From assembly GCA_043823745.1 (NCBI GenBank), contig JBDRAN010000013.1, positions 818 through 64,817 on the forward strand: a DNA stretch of 64,000 nucleotides. The letters are read 5' to 3'. The notes under the pieces are model-generated. The model ran no database searches. It worked only from the letters and a program-made list of their open reading frames with translations, and was not told the DNA's origin. How positions within the stretch are numbered: the stretch's first letter is position 1; the number at the start of each line of letters is the position of its first letter. The translations under genes and the position numbers were made by a program. Positions 40,476 to 50,489 of this stretch are shown here, piece by piece. The stretch is from Candidatus Omnitrophota bacterium (GTDB lineage: Bacteria; Omnitrophota; Gorgyraeia; Duberdicusellales; 4484-171).

Positions 40476-41267
40476 ATGAAATATAAAACTATTATCTTTT
40501 GCATCCTGTTGGTAAGTATATTATATATACCGCGTCAAGGCTTTGCTCAACCTCAAAGTAACGCAACCGCAAAGATTGTCGATCTTTATGGCGATGTGTC
40601 AGTGAAAAAAACCACCGCCGGCGCATGGGAACAAGTGACCACGAATATGTTCCTGGAGCCCTCGGCCGAGATAAAAACAGGCGCAGACTCTAAATGTACG
40701 CTTATCTTTGACGATGCCATGAAAAACATTCTCACCGTCAAAGAGGACTCGCAGATTACCCTGACGCAGACAAAACCGGTCGACATCGCGCTCGCACAGG
40801 GCAAGGTGTTTGCCTTAATCGATGATATCACGCGCGTTGAGAAGTTCGAGATCCGTACCCCTAACGCGATTTGCGGCGTGCGCGGAACCGGCGAATCGGT
40901 TGAATATGCCAACGGCTCAACTGTTGCGCGGTGTTTTCTTGGCGTCGTTAGCATTCAGGGCCTTGACGCAAACGGCACCCTGCAGAAGGCACTTGAGCTT
41001 CTGGCCGAGCAAGGCGTGACGATAGGGCCGGAAGGGCTTCTGGGTGCACCATTTAGTATTTCGCAAGCCGCCCGCAAAGCTTGGGAAGAAGATTTCTTGA
41101 TGCATGTTGAATACATACAGAGCGTAGGTCCCAGCGGGATAAAGCCTCATCAGGCTTCCGCCGGTGCCCAGCCCCTTGACGGAAGTTCGATCTATGGCGG
41201 AGACGGAAGTATAGATGAGCCCAGACAAGAGATATATTCAGCAGAAGGAGGAGATGATGAGTGGTAA
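40476..41267 (+). CDS. secreted FecR-domain protein, paralog 4
   Basis: Same architecture; variable acidic/Gly-rich C-terminal tail. Confidence 0.6.
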   Translation: MKYKTIIFCILLVSILYIPRQGFAQPQSNATAKIVDLYGDVSVKKTTAGAWEQVTTNMFLEPSAEIKTGADSKCTLIFDDAMKNILTVKEDSQITLTQTKPVDIALAQGKVFALIDDITRVEKFEIRTPNAICGVRGTGESVEYANGSTVARCFLGVVSIQGLDANGTLQKALELLAEQGVTIGPEGLLGAPFSISQAARKAWEEDFLMHVEYIQSVGPSGIKPHQASAGAQPLDGSSIYGGDGSIDEPRQEIYSAEGGDDEW

Positions 41268-42318
41268 GGAGAAATGTATAGCGAAGATAACTATCATTGG
41301 ATGTATGGTATTGGTAAGCCTTTTTTTGTTACCCGTGGTTAGTTTTGCCCAGGCGCAAGGTGACGCAAACGCTAAACGAACGGATGACCAGACAAGCAAA
41401 GCCTTTGACATAATGCAGATTCATCGGCTTCTCTTGCCCTATTCGTTCTCTCCGCGCGTTGGTGTTACGCTGGGGTATGACAGCAACGTTAATCTTGATA
41501 ATGCGCGTAAGGGCGATATGTTTGAGGACTTTGCTCTCTCGATGCGCTTCAGTAAACCCTGGCTTGAAAACATCAAATGGTCTGAAGGCATTAATTTTAC
41601 CTTTAACTACGATCTTGATGTCCTTAATTATAACCGGGTTACCGACGCGTCAAACATCCTTAATCATTTTGTGTTCGGTTTGAACAAAAAATACGGGCCG
41701 TTTACCGCAGGTATCGGCCATGACCTCGGAATTCTTTATTATCCGAATAATGAAGACGGTGATTTTATCTTTAACAAAAATTTTATCTATCTGCGCCAGA
41801 ATATTTTTAAGAAATTCTATCATCAGTTGCGTTTTGAAGGGGGCCTGAAGCAATATACCAATAAACACGCGCTCGGTGATTCCCTGAATACGCTGCAGGA
41901 TAAAAAACGTCACGATGACCGCTACAGTCTTGATTATAGTATCGGCGCAAACCTTACGCCGGCCCTCTTTGCCCGGTGGAACAGTCGATACACCGTTAAT
42001 GAGTCAAACGCCATCTATCTTGATTTTTACGATTACACCGCGATTGAAACAAGCGCGTACCTGGAGTATCAGCTGATGCGCAGGCTCTATCTTTTTTCAA
42101 AGCTCACCTTTATGCATAAAGATTATTCCCGCACCGTGACCCTGCGCGACTACGAGCAGCGCGATAATTACTATGCGGGTCTTATCGGTGGAACGTATCA
42201 GCTTAATAAAAACAACGCGCTTACCGCGTCGTATACGCGCCGGCAGAATTATTCCAACGACCGGCTTGAGAAGTATTTCGAGAATGTCTTTACCGGCGGC
42301 TGGCAGTATAGTTTCTAA
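41257..42318 (+). CDS. outer-membrane beta-barrel protein (unknown family)
   Basis: Signal peptide ending AQAQG. Alternating amphipathic strands rich in Y/N/G, and a C-terminal aromatic (…GGWQYSF). Confidence 0.45.
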   Translation: MSGKEKCIAKITIIGCMVLVSLFLLPVVSFAQAQGDANAKRTDDQTSKAFDIMQIHRLLLPYSFSPRVGVTLGYDSNVNLDNARKGDMFEDFALSMRFSKPWLENIKWSEGINFTFNYDLDVLNYNRVTDASNILNHFVFGLNKKYGPFTAGIGHDLGILYYPNNEDGDFIFNKNFIYLRQNIFKKFYHQLRFEGGLKQYTNKHALGDSLNTLQDKKRHDDRYSLDYSIGANLTPALFARWNSRYTVNESNAIYLDFYDYTAIETSAYLEYQLMRRLYLFSKLTFMHKDYSRTVTLRDYEQRDNYYAGLIGGTYQLNKNNALTASYTRRQNYSNDRLEKYFENVFTGGWQYSF

Positions 42319-42552
42319 TCGATACGCAGAAAAATTCAATAGTTCATAATAACGGCGTATCGATTGTCCCGCGAGGTTGGTAAAATTTTCTCGCTCGTCT
42401 TTCAAGCAGGAAATTTTACCATATCTAGCCGAGCAGGGATTATAGAGAGATTCCTGGCGTCTCGTTCTTCTAACCTTCGTAACGCATTCGCGCTTCTTTC
42501 CATGCTTCGTTGAGGCGTTATCGACCGGAATGCTTTATGCCGATAATTCTTT

Positions 42553-44520
42553 ATGAAGTTCCTTAAAAAAATCCCGCTTAAATTCTGGATAATTCTTGCC
42601 GCGTGTACTATTGTCTTTACGGTGTCTTATTTCCGCCTTACCGCGAATCTCGAGCTCCTTACCTATGATTTTCGTTTGCAGTTGCGGCCGCCGCTGGCAA
42701 CCCTCGGGGATATAGTTATTATTGAGATTGATGATTCGAGCGTGCAGGCGCTAGGGGTATGGCCTTTCCCTCGTGACGCCCACGCGGCACTCTTAAATTA
42801 TTTACGGTATGCCGGTGCGAAAGCAGTTTTTTTTGATATCCTTTTTAGCGAGGACAGTTATGGGAGAAGTTCTCTTCCCCCGAATACCCATGGAGCCGTC
42901 GATTTTAAAAGCGAAGATCTTGATTTTAGATTCGAACAGTATATACGTGAAAGCGGGAATGTGTATTTATCAGAAGCATTTGAGATCAGTGAGTCACCGT
43001 TTCCTGGGTTACAACCGCCATCGGCCCGGCGCTATACCGGGCCAATACTGGCGAGGTTTAAACAATATATCCGTGGAGCAGGGCATATCAATACTATTAC
43101 CGATGCTGATAGTAAAATACGTAGAATTCCGCTTTTTATTCGGTATCAAAACACTTTCGTGCCGCATGTAGCTTTAAAGATGGCCTGTGACGAGATGGGG
43201 CTTGATGTAGGTAAAGTAGTTTTTCACGGTCGCCAGGTCATTATTGATAAAAAGCTTTCTTTGCCAATTTCGGATAGCGCTTCATTTATGGTGAATTATC
43301 CCGCAGGGTGGGTGTCATCCTTTACGCATGTTTCTTATGTCGACCTGATTGAGGCTCAAAACAATCTGGTGCAGGGAGGAAAGCCTACCTTTGATCCCGC
43401 AAAACTTAAAGGAAAAGTCTGTTTTGTCGGTTTAACCGCAACCGGCACTCATGATTTAAAAGGCATGCCCTTTGAAAAGTTATATCCGATGGTTGGCCTC
43501 CAGGCCAGCGTTTACAACAGCATCATGATGCGGAAATTTATAACTGATATTGGGCCGCTTGCCAATTCGTTTTTAAATCTTATTGTTTTTCTTGTAAGCC
43601 TTTTTGTGTGTTTCTATTTTCTACCGCTCAAAGCTTTGTGGAGGGTTGTTATTCTTGCGGCTGTTTATTTTATTTCTGCCGCTGGATTGCTTTTTGTCGG
43701 TTTATGGATTGATTTATTTCTACCGTTACTCGTGATCGCGGTCACCTACGTTGTTCTTACGCTCTATAAATTCATCGAAGAGGTTCACAAGCGCCAGCTT
43801 ATCGAAAAAGAACTTGAAATCGCCCATGCCATACAAGAAAGCTTCTTGCCGCGAGATATCACTGACCACGCCGACATTACAATCAATGCATTCATGCAGC
43901 CGGCAAAGTTTGTTGCCGGCGATCTCTATGATTTTGTAAAAATTTCAGATCATGAGCTCGGTGTTTTTATCGGCGATGTTTCGGGCAAGGGGGCCTCCGC
44001 ATCCCTTATTATGGCGCAGACCGTTTCGCTCTTTCGTATATTCAGTCGTCAATACCGCGAGCCGCATGAGGTTATGAACGCGCTTAACCGGGAGCTAGCT
44101 GCGGTTTTGTCAGGGCGGTTTGTTACCGCGACCTATGTTATTCTCGATACTAAGGAAAAAACAGTACATGGGGTTTGCGCGGGGCATCTTCCGGTGCTGG
44201 GGCTTACCGAGGGTATGGTGTGTGAGTTTTTTGCTGCCGGAGGCCCGCCGCTTGGAGTTGTCGATACGGTTGAGTATGAGGCAGAATCAATAAGCCTTAT
44301 GTCCGGAGAGCGGATTCTTCTGTATACCGATGGTTTGATCGAGGCGCGCAACAAGAAAGGAGAAGAGTACGGTATTGAACAGTTAAAAAATCTCTTCAGC
44401 AAGAATTCAACCGCTCCGGTAGCAGAGTCGTTACCCGCGATGATGAAGGAGTTTTTAGAATTCTGCCGCGATCTCCCGCAGTTTGACGATATCACCGCGA
44501 TACAGCTCTCTTGTCCGTAA
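42553..44520 (+). CDS. CHASE2 sensor domain-containing PP2C/SpoIIE-family serine phosphatase
   Basis: N-terminal TM plus a large extracytoplasmic domain, three or four TMs, then a C-terminal PP2C-like domain (GDVSGKG; TDGLIEA; D-containing motifs). Confidence 0.65.
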   Translation: MKFLKKIPLKFWIILAACTIVFTVSYFRLTANLELLTYDFRLQLRPPLATLGDIVIIEIDDSSVQALGVWPFPRDAHAALLNYLRYAGAKAVFFDILFSEDSYGRSSLPPNTHGAVDFKSEDLDFRFEQYIRESGNVYLSEAFEISESPFPGLQPPSARRYTGPILARFKQYIRGAGHINTITDADSKIRRIPLFIRYQNTFVPHVALKMACDEMGLDVGKVVFHGRQVIIDKKLSLPISDSASFMVNYPAGWVSSFTHVSYVDLIEAQNNLVQGGKPTFDPAKLKGKVCFVGLTATGTHDLKGMPFEKLYPMVGLQASVYNSIMMRKFITDIGPLANSFLNLIVFLVSLFVCFYFLPLKALWRVVILAAVYFISAAGLLFVGLWIDLFLPLLVIAVTYVVLTLYKFIEEVHKRQLIEKELEIAHAIQESFLPRDITDHADITINAFMQPAKFVAGDLYDFVKISDHELGVFIGDVSGKGASASLIMAQTVSLFRIFSRQYREPHEVMNALNRELAAVLSGRFVTATYVILDTKEKTVHGVCAGHLPVLGLTEGMVCEFFAAGGPPLGVVDTVEYEAESISLMSGERILLYTDGLIEARNKKGEEYGIEQLKNLFSKNSTAPVAESLPAMMKEFLEFCRDLPQFDDITAIQLSCP

Positions 44521-44767
44521 GCGCGAATTACCGCTAATCGAAAACGCTAATGACCGCGAATTTATAAACAAGAATTACCACGAATCGAATACGAATTCAC
44601 ACGAATCTCTGATTTGTGGGTATTCGTATTTATCCGCGCCCCTCTTCCTTCATCCCTCATTTTCATTCTTACCCTATGAGCCATGAGCTAAGAGCTATGA
44701 GCTTTCTTCGAGCCCCTTGACACCCTCCCCGGTTATGGTACACTCTATTTGAGACTAAGTCTCAAAT

Positions 44768-45199
44768 ATGAACGAGAACGATTTTTTTAGACAATACGGT
44801 ATTCGAAAGACATGCCCCCGCAGCGATATTTTTAAAATAGTGTGCGTGATTCCAATGCGTCATTTTTCGGTCGAGGACATACGCGCGCGTTTGAAATCTA
44901 CCGCCTGCGTTATTTCCCGAGCAAGCGCCTACCGCACGATCAATCTCTTTACGCGCAAAGGGTTTTTACACGCGACTGATCTGGGTGAAAACGTACGCCT
45001 GTATGAGCTGGCCCGGCCCGGCGAACACCATGATCATCTTTGTTGTAGTGCCTGTGGCGAGGTTATTGAGTTTACCCACAAAGGTCTTGAGGCCTTACAG
45101 GAGAGAGTGTGCCGCACCCAGGGATTTAAGCCGGCCAGCCATCTCTTACGCATATGGGGATTATGTCGGAAGTGTCAAAAGCGCACAAGGAAACCATGA
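44768..45199 (+). CDS. fur: Fur-family metal-uptake regulator
   Basis: HHDHLxC motif, CSACG and a C-terminal CRKC; 143 aa. Confidence 0.75.
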   Translation: MNENDFFRQYGIRKTCPRSDIFKIVCVIPMRHFSVEDIRARLKSTACVISRASAYRTINLFTRKGFLHATDLGENVRLYELARPGEHHDHLCCSACGEVIEFTHKGLEALQERVCRTQGFKPASHLLRIWGLCRKCQKRTRKP

Positions 45200-47124
45200 A
45201 AATAAAACGAATCGCGATCGTTGGCGCCCCCAATGTGGGTAAGTCATCCATCTTTAACCACTTAAGCGGTCGCTACGCGACGGTTTCGAACTATCCGGGA
45301 ACAACCGTAGAAGTTTTTAAGGCCAGCGCTCTCATTAAGGGTGTCTCGTGTGAGATTATCGATACGCCGGGAATGTATTCGTTGCTATCGTTAAGCGAGG
45401 AAGAGCGGATAACCCGGCGCATGATTTTAAGCGAACATTTCGACGTGATCATGCAGGTAGTCGCTGCGTGCGATCTGGAGCGCAGTTTACCGCTTACGAT
45501 ACAGCTCATCGAGGCCGGTCTCCCGGTAATTCTTGTGCTTAATATCATGGATGAGGCATCGCGTGAAGGATATGATATTAATATTGAAAAATTGCAGAGC
45601 CGTTTGGGTATTTCTGTGATTCCTACTGTTTCCGTGCGCGGCCGAGGCATGAAAGAATTACGAGAAGTAATTAGTGATGCGGCTCCCGCGTCCCGCAGTC
45701 GGCTTGTAACCTATTCTGAGTCCATTGAAGAGGGGGTAGAGGAATTACGTGCGTGTTTGAAAGGTACCTATCGTGTTTCAGTCAGGACCATCGCTACGCT
45801 TCTTCTTGAGGCCGATCCCGACATCATCGATTATGCGCGTTCCGCCGGCGAGGATAGTGGGTGTATCGAGCGTATAAAAAATAGGATTCAGGAAAAAAAT
45901 GCGCAACCTTTGGAATACCTCGTACACGTGTCACTTAAAGTCAAGGCTCACGCTCTTGCTGGCAGCGTTACCCGCCATCGCGCCCGCGGCAGAAAGAAGT
46001 TTTTATATATACTTGATGATCTTACGCTAAAACCCCTCCTGGGGCTTCCGCTTTTGTTTCTTTTTCTCTATTTTGGTTTATATAAATTAGTCGGTGAATT
46101 TGGCGCGGGAACGGTCGTTACGCTGCTTGAAAAAGGATTTATGCATTATGTAAATCCGGCCTGCGTGAAGTTTTTTAACGCTCTGCCCTGGCCCGTTGTT
46201 TCTCGGCTTTTCGTTGGCGAGTACGGTATCGTGACACTCGGTATTCGTTACGCGGTCGCTATCGTGCTGCCGATTGTCGGTATTTTTTTTCTTGTGTTTA
46301 GTTTTGCCGAAGATACGGGATACCTTCCGCGTATGGGAGCTATGCTTGATCGGCTCTTTAAGCGTATCGGTTTAAGCGGCCGGGCCGTGATCCCGTTGGT
46401 GCTGGGGCTTGGTTGTGATACCATGGCAACAATGGTTACGCGGGTGCTGCCCTCGCGCCGTGAGCGTATTATTGCGACCTTCCTACTTTCCTTAAGCGTT
46501 CCCTGTTCCGCGCAACTAGGAGTTATTATGGCGGTTCTGGCGCCAAGGAAATTAGGGCTTCTTATTTGGTTTGTTACCATCACCATAATATTCGCGCTTT
46601 CGGGCTTTATGCTTAATAAAATCCTCAAAGGTAAAAAACCCTCGTTTTATATTGAGCTTCCGCCGTTGCGCCTGCCGCGCTTTGACAATATTATGGTTAA
46701 GACTTATACGCGTCTGGTGTGGTATTTTAAGGAGGTTTTGCCCCTTTTTATTATTGCAAGCGTTCTTATCTGGGTGGGTCAAATTACGAAGATTTTCGAT
46801 TTGCTGCTACGCGCGTTGCGCTATCCGCTTGCGCTGATCGGTCTGCCCGAAAGCTTTTCACAAGTATTCCTTTTTGGTTTTTTCCGCCGCGACTACGGCG
46901 CGGCAGGACTCTATGATCTTGACCGCACGGGAGCGCTTTCGTTGCGGGAAGTAGTAGTGTGCACGGTTGTTTTAACGCTTTTTCTGCCCTGTATTGCACA
47001 GCTTTTGATGAATATTAAGGAGCGCGGCTTGAAGATGGCATTGAGCATCACTGTTTTTGTGCTTGTTTTTTCTTTTGGTGCGGGATTCTTGTTGAATAAA
47101 GTTTTACTTCTGGTTGGCTTCTAG
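45196..47124 (+). CDS. feoB: ferrous iron transporter FeoB
   Basis: N-terminal G-protein domain (IAIVGAPNVGKSS; DTPG) then a polytopic membrane domain. ATG overlaps the fur stop (ATGA). Confidence 0.85.
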   Translation: MKIKRIAIVGAPNVGKSSIFNHLSGRYATVSNYPGTTVEVFKASALIKGVSCEIIDTPGMYSLLSLSEEERITRRMILSEHFDVIMQVVAACDLERSLPLTIQLIEAGLPVILVLNIMDEASREGYDINIEKLQSRLGISVIPTVSVRGRGMKELREVISDAAPASRSRLVTYSESIEEGVEELRACLKGTYRVSVRTIATLLLEADPDIIDYARSAGEDSGCIERIKNRIQEKNAQPLEYLVHVSLKVKAHALAGSVTRHRARGRKKFLYILDDLTLKPLLGLPLLFLFLYFGLYKLVGEFGAGTVVTLLEKGFMHYVNPACVKFFNALPWPVVSRLFVGEYGIVTLGIRYAVAIVLPIVGIFFLVFSFAEDTGYLPRMGAMLDRLFKRIGLSGRAVIPLVLGLGCDTMATMVTRVLPSRRERIIATFLLSLSVPCSAQLGVIMAVLAPRKLGLLIWFVTITIIFALSGFMLNKILKGKKPSFYIELPPLRLPRFDNIMVKTYTRLVWYFKEVLPLFIIASVLIWVGQITKIFDLLLRALRYPLALIGLPESFSQVFLFGFFRRDYGAAGLYDLDRTGALSLREVVVCTVVLTLFLPCIAQLLMNIKERGLKMALSITVFVLVFSFGAGFLLNKVLLLVGF

Positions 47125-47261
47125 GGCGCGCATTGCCGCGAATCAAAAATGCTCAGGTATGTCAATGATAAGTAGATATTTGTATCATGGAGGGTATACC
47201 CCTTGCGCCGGCATATCCAAAAATTTCTTGACTAAGGGTCAATAAATTTTCGGAAGCACTG

Positions 47262-47304
47262 CGGGGTTAATCCTTCCGGCGTTACGCCGAAAGGATTAAG
47301 GAGG
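47262..47304 (+). promoter_or_regulatory. 5' UTR hairpin abutting the RBS (cggggttaatccttccggcg-ttac-gccgaaaggattaAGGAGG)
   Basis: Same architecture and flanking sequence as the hairpin before thiS (56209-56248), with a different stem sequence. Confidence 0.4.
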
Positions 47305-47309
47305 TAGTA

Positions 47310-47954
47310 ATGGATAAATTGAGCGATCGGGAAGAAGAGGTCCTTGAGTTCTTATGGATTGAGACACAAGAACACAAGAAAAAGCCCGGCCTTGACGTAT
47401 TACGAGACGAGCCGGAACTTTCTTCGCTTACCGAGAAGGGCTTTCTTGATTTAAAGAACGAAGCGCTATTGACGGAAAAGGGGCTTGCGGAAGCGGCGCT
47501 GTGCGTGCGCCGGCATCGCCTCGCCGAGCGTCTCCTTGCCGATATTTTTGACGTTAAGGACCCCCTGATGCATGAGGCAAGCTGTAAATTTGAACATGGG
47601 CTCCACGCGGGGCTCCAGGATAATATATGTACCCTGCTCGGTCATCCGCGTACCTGTCCGCATGGAAAAACAATTCCGCCCGGCGCCTGCTGCAAGCAAT
47701 TTGAAACAGTGCCTAAGCGCTTCATCGTACCGCTTCGCGAGCTTTCTCCCGGAGAAGGCGGCAGAATAAGTTATATCAGTACGCACGACGCTGAGGTTGT
47801 CCGAAAGCTTATTGCTATGGGGATTTTGCCCGGTGTTGGCATTGAGCTCCTGCATCGTTTTCCTTCCTTTGTGTTTCGCATGGGCGGTTCAACCTTTGCT
47901 ATTGATCATGACTTGGCGGAGCATATTTTTGTCTTGGTACTTAAGAGAAAATGA
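47310..47954 (+). CDS. DtxR-family metal-dependent regulator with C-terminal FeoA (SH3-like) domain
   Basis: N-terminal winged-helix, metal-site residues (C..E..H) and a C-terminal FeoA-like domain (GEGGRISYI...IELLHRFPS..FRMGGSTFAI). Confidence 0.55.
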   Translation: MDKLSDREEEVLEFLWIETQEHKKKPGLDVLRDEPELSSLTEKGFLDLKNEALLTEKGLAEAALCVRRHRLAERLLADIFDVKDPLMHEASCKFEHGLHAGLQDNICTLLGHPRTCPHGKTIPPGACCKQFETVPKRFIVPLRELSPGEGGRISYISTHDAEVVRKLIAMGILPGVGIELLHRFPSFVFRMGGSTFAIDHDLAEHIFVLVLKRK

Positions 47955-48125
47955 TGTTTAGATCACAGATTATCCGACGATCAAGATAGACTCCGTTTAG
48001 AACATTAGAATTTTGGTAATTGGATTTGAGATTTGTAGTTTTGTTGCACTGGATGCGTGGGGCGATTCATTAGCGGAAATTAGCGTTTTGAATTCGCGGT
48101 AATTAGCGTTTAAAAAAGGAGATGT

Positions 48126-48524
48126 ATGGAGACACGCGTTGATTTAAAATTCTTACAGAACGATCAATTTGAGATTGTTGCCGCGACTAATCAAGTTACC
48201 ATTACCGTGGATAAAAAAAAAGAAGGAGTTCCTGCGTCCGGCCCCAATCCTCTTGAGCTCTTTCTTTCAAGCCTTGCTTCCTGCGTGGGCGTGTACGCGC
48301 TCAGGTATCTTTCGAGCCATACGATATCTTTTTCAACGCTTTCGGTTCGTGCTACCGCCGATTTTTCACCGGAGCCGCCGGCGCGCTTAGGTAATATAAA
48401 ATTGGCAGTTTTAACGGACGCGGCGCTTGAGGATAAAAAGGAAGTTTTCCTGCGTTTTATTCGTAATTGCCCAATTCATAATACGGTTATGCATACAAGT
48501 AAAGTGTCTATTGATCTAGCATAA
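48126..48524 (+). CDS. OsmC/Ohr-family peroxiredoxin-like protein
   Basis: 132 aa with OsmC-like paired Cys (LASCVGVY ... RNCPIHNT). Confidence 0.55.
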   Translation: METRVDLKFLQNDQFEIVAATNQVTITVDKKKEGVPASGPNPLELFLSSLASCVGVYALRYLSSHTISFSTLSVRATADFSPEPPARLGNIKLAVLTDAALEDKKEVFLRFIRNCPIHNTVMHTSKVSIDLA

Positions 48525-48615
48525 TTTTTGCGGGTTTGCTTTGATTTATACGTTCGCGGCGCTAAAACCGCGGCATTCATGCCGCGGATTATGTGGTGCG
48601 CCGCTCAGTATTCTG

Positions 48616-48660
48616 TCCACCAACCCCGGGTTTTGAGCCCGGGTGGGCTCCATTTTTTGT
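48616..48660 (+). terminator. rho-independent terminator
   Basis: ccccggg-ttttgag-cccggg GC-rich stem followed by ccattttttgt. Confidence 0.5.
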
Positions 48661-48721
48661 TGACAGTGTGTGTCTATAATGATACATATAATCCGTTCAG
48701 CCTTCTCTAATCATTATTTCT

Positions 48722-49900
48722 ATGCGTTATCAAAAAAGCACCCCCAATCGTAAAGTCCTCGGATTTATTATATTCCTTATCGCCTGCGCCGGTCTTGTAA
48801 TTTTTCATGAGCGCGTTATTATTACGCTCGCAAAAAAAAATATCGCCGAAGTATTCCCCGGCAGCTCTATCGCGATCGATCGCTGTCATTTTGAACCGAC
48901 ACATCTTTTGGCGTTCCAGGGTATTACTATCAAGAAAGAAAAAATCTATGATATTACCCTTAAAGAGCTGCGCATTGACTATACGCTTGTTTCTTTGGTC
49001 CGGCGCGCCATCGAGAAGGTTAGCGTGAGCGGCCTTACCGTTAGAATTACGACACCTCGCGCGTCCGCGCGTGCTTTGAGCCGCCACATTGCCTTAAAAC
49101 CATCGGGCGCTTTAAGCGTTCGTAAGCTGGCCGTTACTGATGGGCGCCTGGATCTGCGGACTCAAGAGGTGCGCCTTGAGGCAGGCATATCATTGGGTGC
49201 TGATATTTCCCGCTTGCGCCTTGAGCATTTTACCTTCACGCTTGATTCGTTGACAAGCGGCGACGTGCATGCGGAGAATGCTTCCTGCTCAGGCGCGTAT
49301 AACGAGGCAGGAAAAATTTTCATTCCGCAGGTGCGCTTTAATAAGATAAAACTTGCAGACGTCAGCGCCACGCTGCGCTTTACCGAGAGCGTGATCGCTT
49401 TCGAGCACGCGAGCGCGCGATTTCTGGGTGGAATGATTACCGGAGCGGCAACCGTAAAGGTGCCTGAGTTTAGCTATGTGATCGATCTGCACGGTACGGG
49501 TCTTGACGCGCAAGTATTTACTAAAGATTTTGAATTGGAGGACAAATTTAAGATGGTCGGTCATTGGGAAGGATCTCTGAAGGCTGTCGGCCGTGCCGCG
49601 GCGGTTACATTTTTTGACAGTAATTTTGGCGCGGTTACCCCCGGCGGTAATCTTGAAATTATCGATAAGAAGTTTGTGGAGGACATGGCGCAACGCACCA
49701 AAACGCCATCGGATATTTTACTGGAAAGATTCAGGGATTATCATTATAATAAAGGGGTCGTAGATCTTTCGCTTGAAGGAAACGATATGGTTGCCGGTGT
49801 TATTCTTGACGGAGAAAAAGGCAAGAGTAATTTCAAGATATACCTGCACGATTTCCTTAAAACATTACTTAATCAAATACAAGGAGGAGGTATCGCATGA
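48722..49900 (+). CDS. membrane-anchored hypothetical protein
   Basis: 392 aa with one N-terminal TM (FIIFLIACAGLVIF); no recognisable motif. Confidence 0.4.
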   Translation: MRYQKSTPNRKVLGFIIFLIACAGLVIFHERVIITLAKKNIAEVFPGSSIAIDRCHFEPTHLLAFQGITIKKEKIYDITLKELRIDYTLVSLVRRAIEKVSVSGLTVRITTPRASARALSRHIALKPSGALSVRKLAVTDGRLDLRTQEVRLEAGISLGADISRLRLEHFTFTLDSLTSGDVHAENASCSGAYNEAGKIFIPQVRFNKIKLADVSATLRFTESVIAFEHASARFLGGMITGAATVKVPEFSYVIDLHGTGLDAQVFTKDFELEDKFKMVGHWEGSLKAVGRAAAVTFFDSNFGAVTPGGNLEIIDKKFVEDMAQRTKTPSDILLERFRDYHYNKGVVDLSLEGNDMVAGVILDGEKGKSNFKIYLHDFLKTLLNQIQGGGIA

Positions 49901-50463
49901 GAGCATTTATGATGGCGATAATTTTTATGGCTGTAGCGATCCCGGGGTGCGCCAGGGTGCGCGTTGAAGCGCCTAAGGAACCTATCAAGGTTGACATTAC
50001 GATGCGTCTGGATGTGTATCAGCACGTCGTGAAAGATATTGACGATATTGAAAGTATTGTTTCCGGGACCACGCCGCGCGCAGCCGGCATCACGCGTAAG
50101 GCATCCTGGCTTATTGAAAATGTATACGCCGAAGATGGTTTAAGTCCCGACGTTGAAGCGGCAGCCCTGCGGCGTAAAGATCGACTCCCGCAGCTTACTT
50201 CCTGGGAGGAGAAAGGCGTCATTGGAGAAAATCGAGAAGGTCTCGTTGTGGTCCGCGCCAGCGGTTCAGTTGACGCTCAGCTGGTGAGCGATGAAAACGC
50301 TGATCGCATGGTTATTTATCAGTGGATCGCCAAGAAAAACGGGACTTCGGTTGCAAGCGTCAAGGAGCTCTACGCGAAAAAGCTCCAGGAGACCGCGCCC
50401 AGCGGCACTCCCATTGAAGTCATGGATGGCGCAACTGGAAATTATGGGTGGAAAATACGTTAA
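49897..50463 (+). CDS. lipoprotein of unknown function
   Basis: Lipobox (AIPGC) after a signal peptide. Confidence 0.4.
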   Translation: MRAFMMAIIFMAVAIPGCARVRVEAPKEPIKVDITMRLDVYQHVVKDIDDIESIVSGTTPRAAGITRKASWLIENVYAEDGLSPDVEAAALRRKDRLPQLTSWEEKGVIGENREGLVVVRASGSVDAQLVSDENADRMVIYQWIAKKNGTSVASVKELYAKKLQETAPSGTPIEVMDGATGNYGWKIR

Positions 50464-50489
50464 GGATCCACGTAGTGTAAGGAGGCATC

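Noticed and set aside
39160-41019. Three plus-strand 65-aa ORFs (MISRALRSSRSVP...) and three long minus-strand ORFs (38900-39316, 39749-40147, 40586-40954) inside the FecR paralogs.
   Set aside because: They recur only because the host genes are near-identical tandem duplicates. Each is an alternative-frame or antisense overlap with no independent signal.
47125-47160. CGCGAAT-containing sequence after feoB as another copy of the AATTACCGCGAAT family.
   Set aside because: Only a 7-bp partial match (ccgcgaatc), which is insufficient.
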